Origin: an uncultured beta proteobacterium
Lineage (GTDB): Bacteria > Pseudomonadota > Gammaproteobacteria > Burkholderiales > Casimicrobiaceae
DNA: 64,000 nucleotides
Reading direction: 5' to 3'
NCBI GenBank assembly: GCA_963823215.1
Contig: CAWGKT010000015.1
Span: 152,013 to 216,012 of the forward strand
The translations under genes and the position numbers were made by a program. Positions within the stretch are counted from its first letter, which is position 1. Every line of letters begins with the position of its first letter. The notes beneath the pieces are model-generated. The model had not been told where the DNA came from. It ran no database searches and saw only the letters and a program-made list of their open reading frames with translations. Of the stretch, positions 57,002 through 64,000 are shown piece by piece.

Positions 57002-58372
57002 ATGACGAGGCCCACGATCGAGACGGTCAGGGAGCGCGCTCGCGGCCAGGTGATTACCTCCGCCGACGACGGGTACGAGCAGGCGCGCAAGGTCTACAAC
57101 GCGATGATCGACAAGCGGCCTTCGGTTGTGATCCGGGCGGTTGACGTAGGCGACGTGATGGCCGGAGTCGACTACGCCCGGGAGAACGACCTCGACCTGT
57201 CGGTGCGCGGCGGGTCACACAGCGTGCCCGGCTTCGGGACGTGCGACGGCGGCGTTGTGATCGAGCTCTCGCAGATGAAGGGCGTGCGAGTCGATCCGAA
57301 GCTAGAGACGGCGCGGGCGGGCGGCGGAACCTTGTGGGCCGACTTCAATCACGCAACGTACCCGTTTGGCCTTGCGACAACGGGCGGAATCATCGGCTCG
57401 ACCGGGATTGCCGGGCTCACGCTTGGCGGAGGCATCGGCTATCTCACGCGCGGGTTCGGACTGTCGCTGGACAACCTGGTCTCGGCAGACGTCGTGACAG
57501 CGGACGGACAGTTCCGCGTGGCGAGCGCGAAGGAGAACGAGGACCTCTTCTGGGCGATCCGCGGCGGCGGCGGTAATTTCGGCGTGGTGACTTCCTTCGA
57601 GTACCAACTGCATCCGGTGAAGGACATCACAGCCGGCATCTTCTTCTACCCGATCGACAAGGTTCGCGAGGTATTGCAGTTCTACCGCGACTACGTGGCG
57701 AAGGCGCCGGAGGAGATGGGGCTGTTCCCGGCGTTTCAGATTGCTCCGCCCCTGCCGTTCATCAAGGAAAAGGACCATGGCAAGCCGTTCATCGCGATCG
57801 TCTCCTGCTGGGCCGGGCCGATGAACAAGGCGGAGGCGGAAATGGCGAAGATCCGCAGCGCGGCGCCGGTGGTCGCGGAGATGGTTGCGCCGATGCCGTA
57901 CTACGTGATCAACGGCCTCTTTGATGCACTGCTGCCGCCGGGCCTGCAGCACTACTGGAAGGCCTCCTTTGCGACGGAGGTGACGGACGGCGCCATTGAG
58001 GCTCACGCCCAGTTCGGGCCACAGGTGCCGGTGGTGAACTCGACGATGCACATCTACCCGATCAACGGTGCCTGCCACCGCGTGAGGCCTGACGCGACCG
58101 CCTGGGGACACCGCGACGCCAGCTTCGCGACGGTGATCGCGGGGATGTGGCCGGACCCCGCCGACAACGCCAGGAACACGAAGTGGGTGAAGGACTACTA
58201 CAAGGCCCTGGAACCCCACTCACAGGCAGGCGGCTACACCAACTTCATGTCCGACGATGACCAGGGCCGGGTCAAGGACAATTACGGGCCGCACTACGAG
58301 AAGCTGGCGTCGATCAAGCGGAAGTACGATCCGGGCAACCTGTTCCACCTGAACCAGAACATCAAGCCGTAA
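57002..58372 (+). CDS. FAD-linked oxidase (PCMH-type FAD_binding_4 with C-terminal BBE-like domain)
   Basis: AAGGAG Shine-Dalgarno. RGGSHSVPGFG, TGIAGLTLGGGIGYL, LFWAIRGGGGNFGVVT. The C-terminus YDPGNLFHLNQNI is typical of the BBE domain. Confidence 0.85.
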   Translation: MTRPTIETVRERARGQVITSADDGYEQARKVYNAMIDKRPSVVIRAVDVGDVMAGVDYARENDLDLSVRGGSHSVPGFGTCDGGVVIELSQMKGVRVDPKLETARAGGGTLWADFNHATYPFGLATTGGIIGSTGIAGLTLGGGIGYLTRGFGLSLDNLVSADVVTADGQFRVASAKENEDLFWAIRGGGGNFGVVTSFEYQLHPVKDITAGIFFYPIDKVREVLQFYRDYVAKAPEEMGLFPAFQIAPPLPFIKEKDHGKPFIAIVSCWAGPMNKAEAEMAKIRSAAPVVAEMVAPMPYYVINGLFDALLPPGLQHYWKASFATEVTDGAIEAHAQFGPQVPVVNSTMHIYPINGACHRVRPDATAWGHRDASFATVIAGMWPDPADNARNTKWVKDYYKALEPHSQAGGYTNFMSDDDQGRVKDNYGPHYEKLASIKRKYDPGNLFHLNQNIKP

Positions 58373-58379
58373 GACGATC

Positions 58380-58920
58380 ACGGGGCGTTGAATAGCTGGG
58401 CCGGGTCGAGCTTCGCCGCCCATGGCAGGGACAACTCGCGAGCCGCAGGCACAGGTGCACGGCCTTGACGCGGGTGCGCGAGGCGCGCAGCGCCGCAACG
58501 ATGGGCTCGAGGCGCCAGCCTTGTGCGACCTCGGTCAATGCGATGGTCAGCCGCTGCACTCGCTGCTCGGCGGACTGAGCGGCGAGCTCGCATTCCGCCA
58601 CGGCGCGATAGGGTCGCCTTCGTGATCGAAGTGCAGGTCCGCGACCCAGCGTTGATGGGCCTGGGTCCACGATGTCTTGCCGGGCAGCGCCGGGCCTGGC
58701 GCAGCAGGAACGCCTTCAACCGCTGGCGAGCCTCCCGCCTCTGCGACCGAACGTCGGCTTCGATCCGTCGAATTCGATGAGGTGGATTTCCGCTCAGGGT
58801 CGGGTCCGGGCGTAGAACTGCACGCGCCCAACGGCCGCTGTACTTCCCTCACCAGGCACAGCAAGGTCGAAATTGGCGGGCTTGAACCGGCCACAACCGG
58901 CCGGTCAGCGTCATCGTCCA
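58380..58920 (-). mobile_element. Degraded IS110-family transposase fragment
   Basis: Segments in different minus frames: SWTQAHQRWVADLHFDH and RVQRLTIALTEVAQGWRLEPIVAALRASR resemble the central part of IS110 transposases. No start, multiple frame changes. Confidence 0.45.
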
Positions 58921-59037
58921 AGTTGCCGGGAAGGTCATGCCCACGGAGCTGAAGTTGCGCCGGGAGGCGTAGTATTGCCGAATCGGCATTTGTCGACGAG
59001 GTGCTTCAGTCATAGATCGGCGAACATTCGTCGCCTT

Positions 59038-59190
59038 AGCCGGAGGATCTTGAAGGGTGCCAAACCAGGCGATCTTTCCATCGAACAACCGACGCGATTC
59101 AATCTCGTGATCAATCTCAAGGCGGCCAAGGCGTTCGGACTGACGATAATGCAATCGCTCCTCGTGCGGGCGGACAGAATACTCCAATGA
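59038..59190 (+). pseudogene. 3' remnant of an ABC substrate-binding protein gene (PF04392-like)
   Basis: RRILKGAKPGDLSIEQPTRFNLVINLKAAKAFGLTIMQSLLVRADRILQ* parallels the C-terminus of the intact paralog at 62012-62998 (KIFKGAKPADLPVEQPTKFDLVINRKTAKALGLTIPQALLVSADKVIE*). Confidence 0.6.
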
Positions 59191-59397
59191 CGATTCGTGG
59201 AACGGGTTGAGCGCGTGATTCGCGCTGATCGCCGCGGCGAATCCGGCCATGGGCAGGACCCACCATGTGCTCCGGTGGTGATCAGCGGAACGTGATCGGC
59301 CTTGACAACGATTGCCGCGACGTCGAAACTTCACGGCACCATCGACCGCATTTTACGGACTCGATGTCCTCGTGTGTAGCCGAGGAGAGCTGCAGCC

Positions 59398-61029
59398 ATG
59401 GGATCGAGTCGTCGGGTGGCCGATGCGAGTGCAAAGCGACGAATCTCGGCCGCCGCCCTTCGTGTAGCGTTTGACGGGTTCGTTATCGCGGGCATAGTGT
59501 GGTCAACGTGCGCCCACGCCCTTCCCGGGCCGGCCGACGATAACAACACGTTCAAAAACGTCGGGGCAGCCTTCCTCGTAGACAGTTCCAACAACATAGT
59601 CGGGTTTTGCAGCGGCACGCTCATTCACGAGCGCCTTTTCCTCACTGCCGGGCATTGCTTGGGGCTTGGGCCAATACCCGAAGGGCTACGCGGGTTCGTG
59701 AGCTTCGCCCCGCTCGATGCTAGGAATTCGTCGACATGGATCGAGGGCGATTATGCGTTGGTCCATCCCTCGATGGCGGACGTCCCTGCGCTGACTGGCG
59801 GCGTAAGCGACGTCGGGCTGGTCGTGCTCACCGCACCGGTGAAGGACATACCGCCGGCACCCCTTGCCGCGGCAGGTACGCTTAATGCCTTAGCAGGAGC
59901 ATCAATGACCGTTGTCGGTTACGGCTGCGGCCCCGTCAGCAGCTGGGACGGCGTGCGCAAGGTCGGAACCTATGCGCTGTTTGATGTGTACAACGCCGAG
60001 TGGGCGCGATTCATTCCGAATATCCTGTGCGGTGGCGATTCCGGAGCGCCGACCTTTTACGAAGGACGCATCGTTGCCGTGACATCCGATGGCGGTTCCG
60101 GGTACGCGTATCAGGCGCGCGTGGACATACCCTCGGTGCTCGACTGGATTCAGAGCGTAATTGCTTCCCTCAGCCCGAACGTCGACCTCAATCAGCACGG
60201 CTTGACCGGTTCCTGGTACGAGCCGGCGACCCGCGGCCAAGGACTCGAAGTCGAGGTGTTTCCCGATCAGTTGGCGCCGGGAACCGGTTCCGTCCAAGTG
60301 AGCTGGTTCACCTTCGACCCGGTGATCGGAGCGGCCGAGCGGCAGCGCTGGTACACGCTGAGCGGCCCGGTGGTGACCGGACAGGCCAACGCGACGCTGA
60401 AGATCTACCAGAACGTCGGCGGCAACTTCAATGCGCTGCCGATCACCACGGCACAGCAGGTCGGCACCGCCACGTTGAGCTTCGACACCTGTTCAAACGG
60501 TCAACTCTCGTACAACTTCACCGACGGCAGCGGCCGCACCGGGTCCATACCGTTGACGCGGCTGACCCAGAACGTGACCTGCTCCACGTCGAGCGCGCGG
60601 CCCACCAACGCCGACTTCGCCCTGTCCGGGAACTGGTACGACCGCGTGACATCGGGTCAGGGCCTGACCATCGAAGTCAACCAGAATTCCGGCACCGTCT
60701 TCGCCGCCTGGTACACGTACGCGCCGAACGCCGCCGGCGCCGGGGCCGCCGGACAGCGGTGGTACACCGCGCAACCCCCGCCTTCCGCCACCTTCATACC
60801 GGGCTCCCGCTCGATCCCGCTGACCATCTACGAGACCACCGGCGGGATGTTCGACACACCGACGTCGCCCGGACAGCAGACCGGGGCCGTGGGCAGCGGA
60901 ACGCTCACCTTCCAGAACTGCTCGGCAGCGACCTTCGGCTATACCTTCACCGGAGGCAGCAGCAGCGGCTCGTCCGGGACCATCAACCTGCAACGCGTCG
61001 GCCCCGTGCCCAGTGGCTGCACGTCATGA
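59398..61029 (+). CDS. Secreted trypsin-like (S1) serine protease with two tandem ~130 aa C-terminal domains
   Basis: Signal or anchor segment, then His FLTAGHC, Asp SDVGLVVL and Ser CGGDSGAP. Two homologous units follow, at aa ~266-396 and ~407-541. Confidence 0.8.
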   Translation: MGSSRRVADASAKRRISAAALRVAFDGFVIAGIVWSTCAHALPGPADDNNTFKNVGAAFLVDSSNNIVGFCSGTLIHERLFLTAGHCLGLGPIPEGLRGFVSFAPLDARNSSTWIEGDYALVHPSMADVPALTGGVSDVGLVVLTAPVKDIPPAPLAAAGTLNALAGASMTVVGYGCGPVSSWDGVRKVGTYALFDVYNAEWARFIPNILCGGDSGAPTFYEGRIVAVTSDGGSGYAYQARVDIPSVLDWIQSVIASLSPNVDLNQHGLTGSWYEPATRGQGLEVEVFPDQLAPGTGSVQVSWFTFDPVIGAAERQRWYTLSGPVVTGQANATLKIYQNVGGNFNALPITTAQQVGTATLSFDTCSNGQLSYNFTDGSGRTGSIPLTRLTQNVTCSTSSARPTNADFALSGNWYDRVTSGQGLTIEVNQNSGTVFAAWYTYAPNAAGAGAAGQRWYTAQPPPSATFIPGSRSIPLTIYETTGGMFDTPTSPGQQTGAVGSGTLTFQNCSAATFGYTFTGGSSSGSSGTINLQRVGPVPSGCTS

Positions 61030-61233
61030 AACCAACTTCGGAGCTTGCGCGCTGACTGCGCATTGATGTTTCGGTCTGGACCGCGGCGTACCGCACACGC
61101 AGCCGTTTGATGCCGGCCACCTTTGTTCGTTGAATGTCCGCGATCGAGAAACGCGACTGACTGGAACGGGTCGACAAGCGCCCTTGATCTAGGGTCAACA
61201 TACGGTTCCTCTCCTACAAACAAGGAGCCATTC

Positions 61234-61877
61234 ATGTATGCTGCTATCAACACCGCCCCCAAGGCTGACGGGCGTGTAGTAACGTAGAACAAAGGGAAGC
61301 TGATCGGCCAGAAGCCACCGCTGAAGCTGAAGGAGATCTGGGCCATCCGGATTCGACTGCAACTGGATCATCGAGCCCGGGAACTTGCGTTGTTCAACCT
61401 CGCGATCGACAGTAAGTTGCGCGGGTGCGACCTTGTGGGGCTTCACGTTCACGTTGTGTTCCAGGGCAGTCATGTCGCCCCACGCGCGATTGTCATGCAG
61501 ACGAAGACCCAGCGGCCGGTGCAATTCGAGATCACCTAACCTAACAAACGCGGGACGCGGTCGGTGCCTGGATCGCGGCCGCGCGCCTGAATCCGGAGCA
61601 GTTCCTCATTCCGAGCCGTATGTCGGCGTCGCCTCACCATTCGACTCGGCAGTATTCGTGAATCGTTCATACCTGGGCGGGATCGTTTGGGCTTGATCCG
61701 GCGGTCTACGGCACTCATTCAATGCGGCGAACCAAGCCCACTTTGAACTATCGCCGGACCAGGAATCTTCGGGCCGTTCAGCTCCTGCTCGGCCGTACGA
61801 AACTCGAAAGCACCGTGAGGTACCTCGGAATCGAGGTCGACGACGCGCTCGAAATCGCCGAACAGACCGAGGTCTAG
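61234..61877 (+). pseudogene. Tyrosine recombinase/integrase pseudogene
   Basis: AAGGAG Shine-Dalgarno plus ATG. In-frame TAG at 61285, a stop/frameshift at an ACCTAACCTAAC duplication (~61540), and TGA in RQYS*IVH. Family segments: KGKLIGQKPPLKLKEIWAIRIRLQ, LFNLAIDSKLRGCDL, YGTHSMRRTK, AVQLLLGRTKLESTVRYLGIEVDDALEIAEQTEV. Confidence 0.7.
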
Positions 61878-62011
61878 TCCCGCCGGGCCGGTCGGCGACC
61901 GCCGGACTTGACGGTCACGGACCGAATGCAGCCACTCGGCCGATGCAGGGGAGCGGCGGCCAACGACCCTAACCGGTCAGCGGCTCTCCTCCACACCGGA
62001 CATTCGCATTC

Positions 62012-62998
62012 CTACTCGATCACCTTGTCGGCACTTACCAGGAGCGCCTGTGGGATGGTGAGGCCCAGCGCTTTGGCCGTCTTGCGATTGATGACAAGAT
62101 CAAACTTCGTGGGTTGCTCCACGGGAAGGTCGGCTGGTTTGGCTCCCTTGAAGATCTTGTCCACATAGGTTGCGGCGCGTCGGAATTGTTCCGCTTGATT
62201 CACTCCATAGCTCATCAATCCGCCAGCCTCTGCGTAATTTTCCCGCTCAGATATGGACGGCAGCCGGTTCTTCAGCGCCAATTCCGTGATCTGCCGCGTC
62301 CGGTTAATGTAAAACCCGTCACGCGCCACGATGACCGCACCGGCTTTCCCCTGGGTCATTGCGGAAAAGGCATTTTCGATCTCCGGTGCGGTCCGCGCTT
62401 CCAGGGGCAGTATCGTTGTGCTGGTTTTCAGCGCTGCAGACTGGATGCTCTTGAGAACCAAAGGATGCGACTGGTTGCCAGGATTCAACAGAACAGCCAC
62501 ACGGGAAAATTTCGGCGCCACGCTGAGCAGCATTTCAAGATGCTTGCCACCGATATCGCCACCAAGACTGGAAAGCCCGGTAATGTTGCCGCCGGGCCGT
62601 GCCAGGGTTTTCACCAAGCCGCTACCAACAGGGTCCAAGGTGTTTGCCATGACGATAGGGATCGTGCTGGTCGCTTTCTGCAAGGCGATGGTGGTGACCG
62701 TTCCTGCGCTAACGATAACGTCTACTTTGAGATTTACCAGTTCGGTCGCAAATCCGGGAACGAGCTCGAATTTCCCGTCTGCGAAGCGCCATTGCAGAGT
62801 GAGATTCTCCCCTTCGACATAACCGAGTTCCTTTAGCCCCTGCTTGAAGGCAGCGACAACGGTCTGGGCACTCAACTGGTCCTCAGTTGCCAGGATTCCA
62901 ACCACGACCGACTTCTTGACTGGCTGAGCGCAAATCCGAAACGGCGCTGCGAGCGCACTTGCGCCAAGCGCAATGATTAGTTTGCGGCGGTTGTTCAT
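62012..62998 (-). CDS. ABC transporter substrate-binding protein (PF04392 family)
   Basis: Signal peptide MNNRRKLIIALGASALAAP. VGILATEDQL...IPIVMANTLDPVGSGLVKTLARPGGNITG...LMSYGVNQAEQFRRAATYVDKIFKGAKPADLPVEQPTKF. Confidence 0.85.
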   Translation of the reverse strand: MNNRRKLIIALGASALAAPFRICAQPVKKSVVVGILATEDQLSAQTVVAAFKQGLKELGYVEGENLTLQWRFADGKFELVPGFATELVNLKVDVIVSAGTVTTIALQKATSTIPIVMANTLDPVGSGLVKTLARPGGNITGLSSLGGDIGGKHLEMLLSVAPKFSRVAVLLNPGNQSHPLVLKSIQSAALKTSTTILPLEARTAPEIENAFSAMTQGKAGAVIVARDGFYINRTRQITELALKNRLPSISERENYAEAGGLMSYGVNQAEQFRRAATYVDKIFKGAKPADLPVEQPTKFDLVINRKTAKALGLTIPQALLVSADKVIE

Positions 62999-63112
62999 TC
63001 ATCCCCCCAATTGGGCGGCCATTATGCTCGCTTACGCCAAAAACGGCAGACTAGCGCGTACTTCGTAGGGGGAACTTCTGAGTGTCCGAAAATGGCCGCA
63101 TCCTGTCACTGC

Positions 63113-63490
63113 TCATTTCTGCCGCGCCTTGCGCGCGGCGTATTTGGAGTCGCGCGCGGCCTTCTGATCCTGTTTGAGCGCTGCATCGGCCTCCACTTGG
63201 GCAACGCGCTCGGCGTCCTTCCGCGCCTCTTCTTCCGTGACAGCGTGTGCTTGTCTGGCTTTCTCAGCCTCGCGTTGAGCGTCTCTCAGTTCGGCGGTGA
63301 CCCGGTTCGCGTATTTGTTTTCGGCAGCTCGAATCCTGCGCGCTTCTGCCGTTTCGACCCGTGTGGCCCGCCGCTGGGCAGACTGTGCGTCGTTAGCCAG
63401 CGCCGTTGCCCGCATCTTTTCCAGCTGGGCTTGCTTCGCCTTGACCGCCGTCTGCAGGCGTTCCGCGAAACCTGGTTCTTTACGAGACAT
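63113..63490 (-). CDS. Small Lys/Arg/Ala-rich coiled-coil protein (DUF6481-like as I recall the family)
   Basis: MSRKEPGFAERLQTAVKAKQAQLEKMR...KAARDSKYAARKARQK. Start chosen at the second Met. Confidence 0.55.
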   Translation of the reverse strand: MSRKEPGFAERLQTAVKAKQAQLEKMRATALANDAQSAQRRATRVETAEARRIRAAENKYANRVTAELRDAQREAEKARQAHAVTEEEARKDAERVAQVEADAALKQDQKAARDSKYAARKARQK

Positions 63491-64000
63491 GTCTTCGGTT
63501 TCTCTCTTCAAAGCATGCTATAGGCGGCTGATACTGCCCCGTATGTTAGCTTGCGGTCAGGGAAGTTGACCCACTTTTTGATCAAATCTTATGGCGCTGC
63601 TGGTTTGCGTGTGCGTCGCGCGAATACATGCAAACTGGCCGCCACTTCGATACACACGCGAGGCTCAATCGAGCAGGAGTTTACGCGCCGCTGCACCGGT
63701 CGTGCCGACTAGTTTTCGCTTCTCCGCAGCAGGCAGTCTCTTGATCGCCGCCTCCAGCTTGTCGGCCACCGATTGATTCGGGCAGACGAACTTGGTGACC
63801 AGCCGACGTGGGGGATTCGCGCGCGTGTATCGCGCCCCAGTGCCGGGCAGGACCGTCACCCGCGATTTCGGAATGAATGTCAGCTATCGGAATACGGCCC
63901 CAACGGCCGCTCGGGGCCGGGTGCTGCCGGATGGTCGACGCCATCATCCGGCAGAAGCCGACGCTTCTCGGTCATACGCTCGAGGAAGCCGACCGTCCGC

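Noticed and set aside
1-64000. Looked for CRISPR arrays, rRNA genes, intact IS or transposons, prophage genes, and recognisable defence systems (restriction-modification, Cas, abortive-infection NTPases).
   Set aside because: No regularly spaced direct repeats and no rRNA-like sequence were seen. Only degraded mobility genes are present, and higBA is the only toxin-like module.
63560-64000. Minus-strand coding potential at the window edge: ...GFLERMTEKRRLLPDD... and VLPGTGARYTRANPPRRLVTKFVCPNQSVADKLEAAIKRLPAAEKRKLV... in two frames.
   Set aside because: No family is recognised. The region is apparently frameshifted and truncated by the window end, so evidence is insufficient for a call.

Overview
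High-GC proteobacterial chromosomal segment, about two-thirds G+C by eye; the right-hand ~17 kb looks visibly less GC-rich. I cannot assign taxonomy from the sequence alone. All calls come from reading the ORF track and the sequence, with no searches run. Frameshift positions are approximate, to within a few tens of bp.

Left 21 kb: apparently intact genes. These include a ferredoxin-reductase-like flavoprotein, a SagB-type nitroreductase-fold protein, and a two-component/sigma-54 regulatory cluster. Also present are a Crp/Fnr regulator, an AI-2E transporter, PRC-barrel, BON and SYLF proteins, a DASS transporter, a flavin reductase, tRNA-Leu(UAA) and a HAMP-GAF-GGDEF-EAL protein.

Centre (21.8-37.5 kb): a phasin and a Zn-ADH, then a rearranged SOS-mutagenesis locus, lexA-GST-VOC-imuA-higB-higA-imuB ... 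dnaE2.
- imuB and dnaE2 are separated by a 5 kb opposite-strand block (MsrP-like Mo-enzyme, cytochrome b, AcpA-type phosphoesterase, M14 carboxypeptidase).
- Most interesting: five copies of a 60-75 bp perfect-stem palindromic (REPIN/MITE-like) element occur only in this locus. Three fill stop-to-start gaps, two of them ending directly at the lexA and imuA start codons. One is an exact 20-codon in-frame insertion in imuB. One sits in dnaE2 at the point where the reading frame breaks.
- A near-identical 20-bp palindrome, TACCGTATAT(C/T)CATACGG (CCGT-N8-ACGG, a symmetric variant of the CTGT-N8-ACAG SOS box), precedes lexA and overlaps the dnaE2 start.

37.5-47 kb: an rSAM/Cys-rich (ArsS-like) cluster with two transferases, an FAD oxidoreductase and a TVP38 protein, followed by orphan CoxD/CoxE/XdhC-like maturation genes.

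47-64 kb: an accessory-looking region with small hypothetical genes, an IS110 remnant, an integrase pseudogene, a substrate-binding-protein remnant and a secreted S1 protease with a tandem C-terminal domain.

About 25 apparent frameshifts cluster between 21.8 and 56 kb and none in the first 21 kb. This is either real gene decay or local assembly indels, and the sequence alone cannot decide.
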